Positions 1 through 11,765 are shown, numbered from the stretch's first letter. The stretch is DNA of 64,000 bases from Entomortierella parvispora E1425 (GCA_020891255.1 BQFW01000007.1:2232001-2296000); one strand, 5' to 3'. Program-made: numbers and translations. The notes: a model not told the origin generated them from the letters alone.

Positions 1-780
1 GACCACCATCCTCTGTGCTGTCTGACCTTGCTCGCCTCCTCCCGCTTTCCTTTTACCTTCCTCACTCTTTTCACTTTCTCGTTGGCCCATGTTCGTATGT
101 GCGGCCACTCTCCACTCCGTATTATTATTCTTATTATTTCGACTATTCGTATTTGTTTTTTTGTCATTTTTTATTTTATTATTCCTACCATGTACCATAT
201 TTCTGTAATATACATATCAGTTTGTCTCTCTTCTATTTTGAAGTTTTGTAATTTTGGAACGGCCGCAGTGTTTGGCAAGTCTTGCTGGACTGCTTCGCCT
301 TGCATTGTTGCTGTGGCGATGTTGATCAGCAGATGCATGGCAGTGCAGTGGCCAAAAAAAAAAAAAAAAAAAAAAGGCAACTCCTTGCTGCTTCCTTCTA
401 CCTCCATCCTCCTTCCTATTCATTCAGTCTTTTATCCATCGTTCAAATCGCAATCTCTTCAAGAGCTTGCTGTTTTTTTTATTGACTCACACCTGTCATT
501 GTTTTTGGCCCCTGTCCACCCTATTCGAATACTCCGAGTGCTTCAAACGCGTTTAAACAAGCGGTGGGTTTCCTCTAAGGACGACTAAACACTTGTTGAC
601 TTCTCCCCTTTTTTGATTCTCAGTGACAGTTCATCGCACAAACGCACACGTCAAGTCCAGCTAATCATTCTTTTTCAAATTTGACAGAAAATGAACGTTG
701 TCAAACTCATGTCCAATCCCTTGGTACTTTTCTGGGAAGTTTCCGAATGAATTTATCCACCGACCGATCAGACAGAGGAA

Positions 781-1477
781 ATGCTTCAAAACTATGGGGT
801 TGGCCATGGCCACGCCGAAAGGGCTAACTCGCGCCAAGGACCACTACATGACCTTCAGAGTAAGATGCTCCATATTCTGATCTCGACGTTGATTTTCAAG
901 ACACTCGTTTTGGGGGACTTTATTGTCGCCACCAATAACTCTGCATCGGCTCAGACCCCGTCCAAGTCCCCCTACTGGCCATCGGTGTTCTCAGGCCTTA
1001 ACTTCATGGCCACAACCCCTCCTCCACCTAAGCCCCCTACTTTGTACAGTCTTGCTGGGCTGAACCCGATTCTACTTGGTGCTTCAACCAGTGACCTCCC
1101 TTTTTTTCGGTTCCTATACTGCAGCTTCTTTTGTCTGTGGACCTCTGATCATGGAGGACCTGTTGTCGAAGAGAGGCCTGAATCCCATTCGGTTCTGGTT
1201 GATTACCGTCTGTTTCCCGTTCATCTCACTCGCTCTGCCTGTTATTCATACCGAGAGCTTTGACAGCTTTCTAACGACTTTTCTTGCGATCACGGTCCTT
1301 CAACCCATCATGAAAAGAAAGCTGTCATGGACGTCGGTTTCAGAAAGCTTGTTGAGTTTTATTCTTTTTGTGTTCCCTGTTCTACGGCATCTTTATATTT
1401 GCAATGAATTTGGGAAAATCCTAGGATGTGATCAAGAGCATGCGATTGATAATAAAAGTAGAAAAGGGCTTTCTTGA
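781..1477 (+). pseudogene. Possible degenerate or frameshifted membrane-protein gene remnant
   Basis: Two overlapping + ORFs in different frames (781-1263, 1076-1477). The second has several hydrophobic stretches (LFFGSYTAASFVCGPLI, FWLITVCFPFISLALPVI, LLSFILFVFPVL). I could not build a clean spliced model or recognise a family. Confidence 0.2.
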
Positions 1478-1642
1478 CAGACCCATGTTAACGTTCATTG
1501 GACTGCTGTTGCTATCTGTACGTAATATGGCCATGACCGTGAACAGAGCGTCGACTCTTGGTCATCTCACTCTAGATCCATCATAAAATACCACAGCAGA
1601 GACCAACTAGGGTAAAAGGGAGATCAGCTCTTTTTTTTTTGT

Positions 1643-4600
1643 TTAGTCCGAATGCTGATTTGTTTGACCATGGCTTGCAAACTCCTCCTCGTCGTCCACA
1701 ATGCGCAATCCATCAACACTGTTCTCATTGCCCTCCTCCTCCTCTTCTTCTTCTACGGTACTCTCTTTTTCAAAAATGACTTCTTCACCACCAAGGGTGC
1801 TCGATTCACCAAACTGCAAAATCGGCTCTGGAATATCTACAGGTGCGTTCTTTACGCGTTTCATCGACGGTATTTCCCCTTTGCTCAGTTGAACAAACTT
1901 GTAGCCCACCTCGATCCTTTCCTTGCCCGTCTCCCACGATGTGACCACTAGCCTGATCTCATCGCGGTTACGAAGCTGAAGCCGACCCTCAAAAGTTTCA
2001 TCATTCACTACCGTGCCTCCAGGGCTAAGATTAGTAAGGTACGCCTTTCTCTCTTCGGCTACCCATTCAATGGCACAGTCTATAACAGGTTGGTTGATAG
2101 AGCCATGCCCATCCAAGTTTGAGAATGAGTTAAAACGGAAAAAAACCAGACCAGAACAAAATGAGGTAGGCGACAAGGATGACTTACGTCTGCGACTGAC
2201 AACCTGGCTTGAAATAACGATATCACACTCCTTGTCTCTACCCATTATCGTCCTTTCGGCCTGTAGTTCCTCCATCTGAGTCACGACGTTGAGACGCTTT
2301 AGCTTTCCCCAGATGGGCATACTCTCGTCAGGAGTTCTGTCCTTGGGACGACGCTTCTTGTGTCCTCTGTGCGTGTGGTCCGTATAAAGTCGGCACGCTA
2401 GCTGTTCAGGTGTCGGCGCTTCAGCATCATACAATTCCACATTGTACTTCAAACAATACAGGCATCCCATGGATGTATCTATTTTTCAAGCTTGGCGTTA
2501 ATAACCGCCAGGTGATTCAATCTCTCGTAGTTTCAGTTCCAATGACTCTTACTTTTTGGAGCTCCAGCATGACCAGCGCAAACGACTATGCCCAGTACAT
2601 CACCACTGAATAGTTGACCTGAGCGCATCTTGAGATAGTGCAAATTGTTGATGTATGTTCCATTGAGGCTGGTATTGGACATCATGACAACTCCATCGTC
2701 ATCGCGTTCGATGATGCAATGCTTCACGCTAATGGCGCGTCTTGAACCGAGCAAGACATTGACTTTTTCTACAGATGTATGAAACATATCAGCATCGTAT
2801 CATTTATCGGAATGACGCGAAATTTGTGCATGACACCATGTGCTTACTATCATCTACACGCCCAAGAACGTAGCGAGACTCCTTAAGTTCGATATATCGA
2901 GGGGCATCAGGGAAACCCCCGGGAGCTATTACCAAAGCGCCCCAGGGCTTTTGGTTGACCTGTGTTGTACCATCACCTGAACTGGACACTTTGCTCGTGT
3001 TGAAAATAGCAGTCGATCCCGATCGCTCAATCCTCTATTAGAACAACGAGTAAAATGTTGGTGAATGGGATAGTATAGGTCTTCAAAGGCGCTTGTTCAC
3101 GTATTGGGCGCACTCATACATCTAGGTCGGCAAGCATCTCATCTATCATCCGCATCCAGTCTGAGGTTAAAATTTGGTCCATCCTGGCACGGCATGAAGG
3201 ATCAATGACGAGAATTTCGTCTAAAAGGTACTTCACTAAAAAAGGATAACCGTAATCATAAACACTCAGACAACTGTATCTAAAAGTATTTCGAAGGATC
3301 ACAGATGGAAGTAACAGTAGTTTACCTTCTGGGCTGCGTTTTGATTGCCTGTCTACAAATTGTCTCCAGTCCCGTTTGAGATAGTCGAGATTCATTCTCT
3401 GGTCTTCCTCGTCTTCAACACCCTTGTTAACGAGATTGTCGTATAAATCATCATTAAAAGGGTATTTTCCAACCAACCTGTCCGTGAAGGAGCGTGTTAG
3501 TTTCATAAGGATTTTGGTAAAATTAAAATTAGAGGGAAAAAAATATAAGTCTTCCCTTCAATAGTATCTGCTTACATTCGGAAGAGCAAAACTCCAAGGG
3601 ACCAAATGTCTATTTAGTGACCAGGAGTGTAATAGTTAGCTCATTAGCCCGCACTTCCCAAGATTCGGCAGGCAAATCGACCAACTACAAAGAATTCACA
3701 ATGTCATACCAACCATCGAAGTGTAACCATTTGATTTGTTGCCTGCTCTGATCTCTGGTGCCATATAGGATTCTGTCCCGCAACGGGATGTCAGAACATG
3801 AAGACCGTTCGTGCGCTGTGCTAGACCTAAAAATAATTTGATAGTTGTGTCATTAAAGACGCTTTCTCCTTTGTCCTTGATAATCCGAGTCCTATGATAA
3901 TGAATTTACCGAAATCAACCAGTTTGACCTTGAGATCCTCGTCGACCACTATGTTCTGATGAACAAGAAAAACGTCAATCGTCCTGCTACTCTCCTTTTT
4001 GGCCCTCACTGTTCACGCACTCTCCTACCTCCGATTTGATATCGCGATGGATGATCCCGTTCTTGTGCATATAATCCACTGCGTGACAGACCTGACGGAA
4101 GATGAACCTGGCGTCAAGCTCCGTCAGGTAGTTGTTGTTGTTCCGGTAGTATTCAACGAGCGTGGTTCCCGGAGCAAACTCTGAAAAGATGTAAACAAAA
4201 TCTGGCGTGCGGTGTCTGTCTACAAAAGCAATGATGTTCTCCTAGAAGACAAGAAAGCAAGAAAAAGATGGTCGTGTGAGGAATAGACGCCACCAGTTTT
4301 GCACACGCGTCTTTCTTAAAGGACCAATGAGGACGTTACATGATGCATCAGACTTAGGATGGCAATCTCCGTCTCAATGCTGTCGTGTTCCTCTTCATTG
4401 AATGACCGCTGGTGGAGGTTAATGACCTTGCAGGCACTGACAGCGTTGGTGGTGGTCTCCCTGGCTTTGAAGACTCCTGCATAGTTGCCTCTGGCGAAGG
4501 GTTGATCGTCCAGCTCATAAGTTCCGTGGGTTCCTTGAATGAGGTTCTGGTTCTCACCGAGCTGATTCTCAATGGGCATGAGGACAGTGGTCTGGTGGAC

Positions 4601-4690
4601 GGTGGCACTGCCGGGAGGACTGACACTGCCCCGAGCATCGGAGGTGGGACCGTCCATGGATGGTGCGACGGGTGATGGGTGGCTGTCCAT
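1643..4690 (-). CDS. Ser/Thr protein kinase (CAMK/Chk2-Rad53-like catalytic domain) with two C-terminal FHA domains, copy A; multi-exon
   Basis: GT-AG splicing joins the ORFs in frame. Kinase motifs: ARGNYAGV, ACKVI, IETEI, HRDIKSEN, DFG, CGTESYMAPE, DIWSLGV. A phase-0 intron (GAT|gtatga...ctaatag|AGG) leads into FHA1 (LGR...SVKHC...SLNGTYIN). A phase-1 intron then leads to a KKRRPK linker and FHA2 (MGRDKECD...SRRHC...GGTVVND). Acidic tail; stop at 1643. Confidence 0.9.
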
Positions 4691-4748
4691 GGCGAGGGCG
4701 AGGGCGCTGCAATGGAGCTAGATGAGTGGGGTGGGTGCAGGAAAGGAC

Positions 4749-5298
4749 CAATGTGATCTCAGGAACGGACGCGGGTAATCCTGGAAAGAGTTGCGACTGG
4801 ACAGCATTGGCTGAATGACTTCGAAGTCATGCTTCCCAAGAAGGAGATTCATGGACAAGGTTGGTTCGACATTCAACCGCGACAACAGAGACCTCGGGGC
4901 TCTTGCCGTGTCAGAGCCTCGGTCTGATGTTCAGTCTGTCAGCCAGTGATGAAAGGAGAGCTGGATGCCTGCCTGCCTGCATGCAGTGATGGCCATCCCC
5001 GCTGCTGTTTCTTTTGCTCCGCCCGCTCTTTTTGCTCCCCATTCTGCCTTCATTCCTCTTCCCCTTTCTCTTCTCTTCGCGTCCGCGCTTCGCGTTGTCC
5101 GCTGTGCGGCCATGTCCTCCCCTTAATTGAAATGTTTGCCGCGGCCAGAGATGGCTCGATTCGCTGTCGAATTCGAGTGGTACGCGTCCAGAGCTACCTG
5201 GGGGGAGCAGAGTCTCCACAATGAAGCCCTCTCCTCTCTTCCCATGGGTGGATGTTCTTTTTCTTTTTCTTTTGTCTTTTAGTTGAAGGTAAACGCGT
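4749..5298. promoter_or_regulatory. Upstream region of copy A: paralog-conserved block plus MCB-like ACGCGT sites
   Basis: CAATGTGATCTCAG (4749), CGGGTAATC (4772) and GAGTTGCGA (4788) are shared with copy B. ACGCGT at 5182 and 5293, and three CGCG cores at 5078-5094. Confidence 0.4.
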
Positions 5299-5792
5299 GA
5301 CATCCGTTTTATTTTTGGACACTGAATCCGCAAAAGTTGGAGTTGGTGACATCTGCCCTTGCTGAGCGCCAACGACTGAACGTTCCATGGTGGCAGGACA
5401 TCGACGACACAGCGGCAGCCACCACTGGACTGAGAATGAAAAAAGGAATGCCTTCCCCTTCCTCGTCCTCGCCCCTCCTGCTCTTTATTTCGCCACCAAA
5501 TTGATAGAATCACTTCCGTGCTTCGCCTCCCACATTTCTCCTTTCATCCATTCACTCCGTCCCCCCGCCCGCCCAAAGTCTACTCGCTATAGTCATGGTC
5601 GAAAAAGACTGCTCTCCTGGTCTGACCGAACTCCCCCTCCCCCGAGAGTGGAAAGGGTTGTCCTCCTTCTTCCCAGGTCCGGCATGACAGCATGTGTGCG
5701 TGTGAACAGAGTCTGGCACCGACCAATTTATCAAGTATATCTGGCAGGCCATTCTTTTTCAAGAATCCGGCGAACCGTTTTCAATATCATGG

Positions 5793-8243
5793 ATGGACTG
5801 TGCTTGTATTGAAGAAAAACACGGTTCAATGGTCAGGGGCATGAGATATCGAGATATTGAGTCTGGCGTGGCCGTCATGAACCAGGCCTCCTTTCCCCCA
5901 CAACGAGTGTTGCAGGTGAATATTACACCAGGGACAGAGCGGCTGTTTTCTCTTGCTCGAAATCCGCATAGGATCCGACTCATGGTAGTCCAAGATGCAG
6001 ACCTAACAATATATTTGGCTCATAGATCCTGCTGTAGAAAATAGCCAAAAAGATGTTGTTCGCAGTTAAACAGTCGATGGCAGAGTCAGTCTATGGTGGG
6101 GGACCACATGGGAATACTCTGTGCTGTTTTTTTATTGATGGTTTGATCACCAACATTTCGCTCGTTGATACGGCTCTGGTCAGTTTACAGAACCGAAAGA
6201 TCCAATGTTGGATCTTTCGGTTCTGCGGAGTCCCATTGAATGGCGATCTCTGCTATCTCGCCGTCAACTCAATGGCCACAAGTCGATCTATACAGAGGCA
6301 GGCTATGGCAAAAATCTTCCGTTCGAAGGAGCCGCAGGCCACATATCAACGTCACTAGAGGACGGATTGGACCTGTTGAGAGACCTGAAGGATACGGGGA
6401 GGATGCTCATGGAACGAATGAACGGTTTGTTTTTGATGAATTCCAGCACAAGTCCAGCATGTCCAGCAACCCTGTTCAACTCGTCCCAATTTTGGATATT
6501 CTCGACGGTACCTCCCAGACTAGTCTTGCCGCGGCTGCCGCTAATGCTGGTGGATCATTCGATACCAGTGATACTCTCAAGTTCCTCGAGTCGAGCGGGG
6601 CGCACAGAAGACGTGCTTGATCTCCCCTTGTTGGCCACCTTCCACTGCTCCGAAAAACACTTGACTCCTTGCTCTTGAACCTCCGTGTTGATCAAATCGA
6701 GGTCTACTCACTGGATTGACACTTCACTAACACGACACGCTTGCGTTTGCGATCCATGGTCAAGATCTCTTTTTGGTCTACTGAATTCAACCTTCCTTGT
6801 CCATCCGGTCTTTGATGTGACTCTCTCCAAAACGTACAAGCCCATAGTTGAGATGGGCGCTGCCAAGTTCAGCAACATAGTCGATTGTCACGATGCTGGA
6901 CCTATCAAGAATTTGCGCAACGATCGAAGCCGTTGCCGCTCTTATTTTACCGTCGACGTTTGTATAGTACCTTTTGTAAAGAATCAATTCAGCCAAAGGG
7001 CTTTCTCTAGTTTAAATGACCACCATAGTGGAGGATACCATTTGTTTCAACCCATGCTCCCTCAGCTGACGTGCGAACCCAGAGTTCGAAGCAATTCACT
7101 GTGTACTTTTTTTTTGTGGGTGCATCGACGCGTGCATGCGGTGGCTTGGAATCCCATCCCATCACACGCCCAAAAAGGGAGGCGCTGCTTTTTGCCACCC
7201 TTCTCTTTCACCACTGCACTAATTTCGTTCCTCCCTCTTACCTCGCCTTTGACTCCCACCCCTTCCGTAGCCGAAACCATGCTACATCTATCACTTTGCG
7301 AAATGGTAACGGCCATGACTTGGGCCCGTTCCTCTCTGTTCTCATTCTTTGTTGATTTGTCTATTCATTGTCCTTTGCACGTTGCTTTTGTTTGCTTTTT
7401 TGATTTTTCGTTTTTTTTTTTTTTTTTTTTGCTTTTTGCTTTTTTGTCTGTAAGACTACTCCCGCTCCAAGTCATTGTCCTCACTCTTGACAGACACTGC
7501 ACCTTACTTACAACCCTTCCAAACACCGTGATCAAAGGCCCCGGTATATTTCCCTCGTCTTGGACAAACGTGAACCCAAGTCATTAATTTGGTCGAGAGA
7601 CTGGGGGCGTCATGACTTCTCACTTGCTAGATCTAAAAAGTGCTTTAAGGTGCAGTCTGCTGTCTCGAGTGGAGGTATAAACCAGGTAAAGTATAAAGTA
7701 GGTATGGGACGCGATGGCCTGCCGCCTGCTCGTTGGCGCGCCCTGCACACCTTTGCTTTCTCGCTGTAGATAGCGAGGTGACTGAGAGCTGGCCCTTTGG
7801 TAGAATGACAGTCGCTGAATAAAGAGTTGAGAGTTATTGACCGAAAAACGGTGCCCAGTGAGGAGCGATAATATCGAATAGATATCAGAAATGGAATAGA
7901 ACGTCACCCAAGCGATTGTGGTGGTGTCAAAACTGAGTAATCTTCCTGCCCCGCCTCGATCCAACGAATTGATGTAATCGTGCTCCCAATCAGCGGCTGC
8001 AACCGCGGAGCCGGCGGCCGAAAAAGTGTTGGTGTCATCAATCGACTATTCGATCCACACACGGAAACAGCTTTGGCAGAGCCTAGGTTTGTCAAGCGTG
8101 ATCCTGTACTGGTGCCCGTCGTATGGTTCAAGCGTTACGACAAAGGAGTTCCGGTATCATGGGACATAGACCTGGTGGAAAATGTTGAGGATTGGGAGGA
8201 CGTGGGCAATACCATGTATGAGTCTGTGCTTACTATCTACTGA
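5793..8243 (+). pseudogene. Probable decayed protein-coding sequence between the two kinase-FHA copies
   Basis: A chain of short, non-low-complexity, protein-like + ORFs in shifting frames (5793-6044, 6205-6678, 6240-6620, 6685-~7130, 7980-8243 ending ...VSWDIDLVENVEDWEDVGNTMYESVLTIY). No consistent splice model; family not recognised. Confidence 0.25.
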
Positions 8244-8451
8244 TCCATCTAATGCTCTATCTCCCTCTCCATACTTCCCAAACTTCTCTCTACTCCTTCC
8301 TATACTGCAACAGCATTAGGTCTTGTACATCTGGCCTAGGAATCCAACAAAATCATCTTCCTTTCTGAATCCAGAAGGCCACTTCTGCATCCACCTTGAA
8401 CGACCCCAACGGACGCCGGTCTGGGTGGAAGAAGGTCAACTTAATTATTTT

Positions 8452-11444
8452 TTAATCTGATTTTTGACGAGTTTGACCGTGGCTTGTGTGCTCCTCCTCA
8501 TCTACATTGTTCAAAAGGTCTTCACGGTTCTCTTCATCGGCACTGCCTTCCTCCTCCTCTACACTGCTCTCTTTCTCAAAGATGATTTCTTCAGCACCTA
8601 GGGTAGCTTCACCAAGCTGCAAAATCGGCTCTGGAATGTCTACTGGAGCGTTCTTTACGCGTTTCATCGACGGTGTTTCCCCCTTGTCCAGAAGAATGAA
8701 TTTGTAGCCCACTTCAGTCCTCTCCTTGCCCCTCTCCCATGACGTGACCACCAGTCTGATATTATCGCGGTTACGAAGTTGAAATCGACCCTCGAAAGTT
8801 TCATCATTCACTACCGTCCCGCTAGGGCTTAGATTAGTAAGGTACGCCTTCCTTTCTTCGGCCACCCATTCAATGGCACAGTCTATGATATAATATGCAC
8901 GTTCAAAATTGAGAATGAATCAGTGAAAAATACAATATCAAAACAGAACCAAAAATAAAAAAAAAAAAAAAAAAAAAAAGAGGACAACAAAGATGACCTA
9001 CGTCTGCGACTGATGACTTCATTGGAGAGAACAATATCACATTCCTTGTCTCTACCAATTATGGTTCTTTCAGCCTGTAGTTCTTCAGTCTGCGTCTGGA
9101 CATTGAGAGGCCTGAGCATTCCCCAGGTAGGTATATTCTCGTCAGGGATCCTGTCCTTGGGACGACGCTTCTTGTGTCCTCTGTGCTTGTGGTCCATATA
9201 GAGTCGGCGCGCTAGCTGTTCAGGTGTCGGCGCTTCAGCATCGTACAATTCCACATTGTACTTCAAACAATACGGGCATCTCATAGACGTGTCTATTTTT
9301 CAAGTTTGTAGTCAGTGACCAGCGAGCGTGCTTCAAAGATTCGATGGTATGGCAATCTGACTCTTACCTTTTGGAATTGCAAGGTGACCAGCGCAAACAA
9401 CAACACCCAGTACATCACCATTGAATAGCTGACCCGAGCGCATCTTTCGAAAGTGTAAATTGTTGATGTACGTTCCATTGAGGCTGGTGTTGGACATCAT
9501 GACAATCCCGTTGTCATCGCGCTCAATAATACAATGCTTGACGCTGATAGCTCGCCTCGAGCCAAGCAAGACATTGACTTTCTCTACAGAGACGTAAAAG
9601 TCAATCAACGACATGCCACTTGACGAAATTTAACTGACAAAATTGACATGATAATACCATGTACTTACTATCATCTACACGCCCAAGAACATAGCATGAC
9701 TCCCTAAGCTCAATGTACCGAGGGGCATCAGGGAAACCTCCTGGAGCTATCGTCAATGCACCCCAGGGCTTTTGGTGCACTTTAGTTGAATTGCCGCCTG
9801 AACTGGATACCTCATTCAAAATGTTAGCCGATCCTGAACGGTCAATCTTCTAGAGAAAGAAATGAGCAACCGGGTGTCAGTGAATGGAATAGTGGAGGCT
9901 TTGAAAAGAAGTTTGTTCATGTACAAAATAGCGTTCGTACATCTAGGTCGGCAAGCATCTCATCTATCATCCGCATCCAGTCTGACGTTAAAATTTGGTC
10001 CATCCGGGCCCGGCACGAGGGATCAATTTCGAGCATGGTCTCCAGAAGGTGCTTCACTAAATGAGATGGCAACAATCATAACGTTCTCGTACAGGTGAGT
10101 GAAGGAGGAGGACATATCGAGAAATCACAGATATCAGTAGAATACCTTCTGGACTCCGTTTCGATTGCTTGTCTACAAATTGTTTCCAGTCTCGTTTGAG
10201 ATAGTCAAGATCCGATTCCTGGCCCGCTTCACGATCATCCTCTGTGTCTTTTTTAACGAGCGTTCCATACAAATCGTCATCAAATGGGTATTTTCCAACC
10301 AACCTGTTCGTAAATAAAGCGTATTAGCTTCGTAGGGCAACCGAGAAAAAAAAAGGGGAGGCTATCCAACATTAGTATCTGCTTACATCCGGAAGAGCAG
10401 AACTCCAAGGGACCAAATGTCTATTTAGTGACCGGGAGTGTAATAGTTAGCTCATTAGCCCGCACTTCCCAAGATTCGGCAGGCAAATCGACCAACTACA
10501 AAGAATTCACAATGTCATACCAACCATCGAAGTGTAACCATTTGATTTGTTGCCTGCTCTGATCTCTGGTGCCATATAGGATTCTGTCCCGCAACGAGAT
10601 GTCAGGACATGAAGTCCGTTCGTGCGCTGTGCTAGACCTAAAAACAAATTGTCAGTTCTGTCATTAAAGACGCTTTGTCCTTTGTCCTTGACAATCCGAG
10701 TCCTGTGATAATGAATTTACCGAAATCAACCAGTTTGACCTTGAGATCCTCGTCGACCACTATGTTCTGATGAGGAAGAAAAGCGTCAATCGTCCTGCTA
10801 CTCTCCTTTTTGGCCCTCACTGTTCACGCACTCTCTTACCTCCGATTTGATATCGCGATGGATGATCCCGTTCTTGTGCATATAATCCACTGCGTGACAG
10901 ACCTGACGGAAGATAAACCTGGCGTCAAGCTCCGTCAGGTAGTTGTTGTTGTTCCGGTAGTATTCAACGAGCGTGGTTCCCGGAGCAAATTCTGAAAAGA
11001 TGTAAACAAAATCTGGCGTGCGGTGTCTGTCTACAAAAGCAATGATGTTCTCCTAGAAGACAAGAAAGCAAGAAAAAGATGGTCGTGTGAGGAATAGACG
11101 CCACCTGTTTTGCACACGCGTCTTTCTCAAAGGACCAATGAGGACGTTACATGATGCATCAGACTTAGGATGGCAATCTCCGTCTCAATGCTGTCGTGTT
11201 CCTCTTCATTGAATGACCGCTGGTGGAGGTTAATGACCTTGCAGGCACTGACAGCGTTGGTGGTGGTCTCCCTGGCTTTGAAGACTCCTGCATAGTTGCC
11301 TCTGGCGAAGGGTTGATCGTCCAGTTCATAAATTCCTTGGGCGCCCTGGATGAGCTTTTCCCTCTCTACAGGCATTGGGACGGTGGCCTGGGCGGCGACA
11401 TTGCTAGAGGGGCCGGCATTGCCTGTAGCATTGCTCCTGTCCAT
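8452..11444 (-). CDS. Ser/Thr protein kinase with two C-terminal FHA domains, copy B; multi-exon
   Basis: Same exon/intron layout and motifs as copy A. Probable ATG at 11444 (MDRSNATG). The kinase-to-FHA1 junction (GAT|gtacga...tctag|AAG), FHA1-to-linker junction and FHA2 junction (AGA C|gtaggt...catag|AC TGT = SRRHC) are all in frame. I found no disabling lesion in the junctions and exons I checked. Confidence 0.9.
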
Positions 11445-11496
11445 GGCGATGCAATGTGACAGTCCGAGATGAGTGAGTGTCTCGACAAAAAAAGCA

Positions 11497-11765
11497 CAAT
11501 GTGATCTCAGCCACGAACACGGGTAATCTGGGGGGAGTTGCGAAAAATAGTAATGGGAAATAGGTAATAAGCAAATGAATGAATGACATGCACACCCTTC
11601 TCCTGAGCAAGAGAGAACGAGAATGATGAATGTCCGATCCTTAACTGCTGCGGCTGGGGCACCGCGAAATGATGCCGAGCGGAAACCAAATGTCGCGAGG
11701 ACATTCTCACTCTTCTTCATTCTCGTCTCTCCGCTCATTCAGAAACGCGTCCGTATCCGCGCGAA
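11497..11765. promoter_or_regulatory. Upstream region of copy B: paralog-conserved block plus MCB/SCB-like sites
   Basis: CAATGTGATCTCAG (11497), CGGGTAATC (11520), GAGTTGCGA (11535); CGCGAAA at 11663; ACGCGT at 11745. Confidence 0.4.

Larger units (their letters stand above)
1643..11545 (-). repeat. Direct tandem gene duplication, about 6.8 kb offset (unit A ~1643-4800, unit B ~8452-11545)
   Basis: Long near-identical blocks, e.g. 4201-4500 versus 11012-11311. Homology extends about 100 bp upstream of the ATGs. Downstream flanks are unrelated. Confidence 0.95.

Noticed and set aside
15-588. ORFs of 67-186 aa at the window start
   Set aside because: AT-rich and low-complexity, driven by a poly(A) tract (KKKKKKKK/FFFFFFF), with no domain.
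2804-3506. Separate kinase gene and FHA gene(s), as the ORF track suggests
   Set aside because: The apparent stops fall in introns with good donors and acceptors, and splicing restores one frame in both copies.
10760-10780. CTGATGAG (hammerhead-like core), and a similar CCGATGAG near 63065
   Set aside because: No flanking stems or correctly placed GAAA were found. The first overlaps a kinase splice acceptor on the opposite strand.
1643-11444. Calling the duplicated genes RAD53, CHK2 or DUN1
   Set aside because: Domain order differs (no N-terminal FHA, no evident SQ/TQ cluster). Orthology cannot be claimed without a phylogeny.
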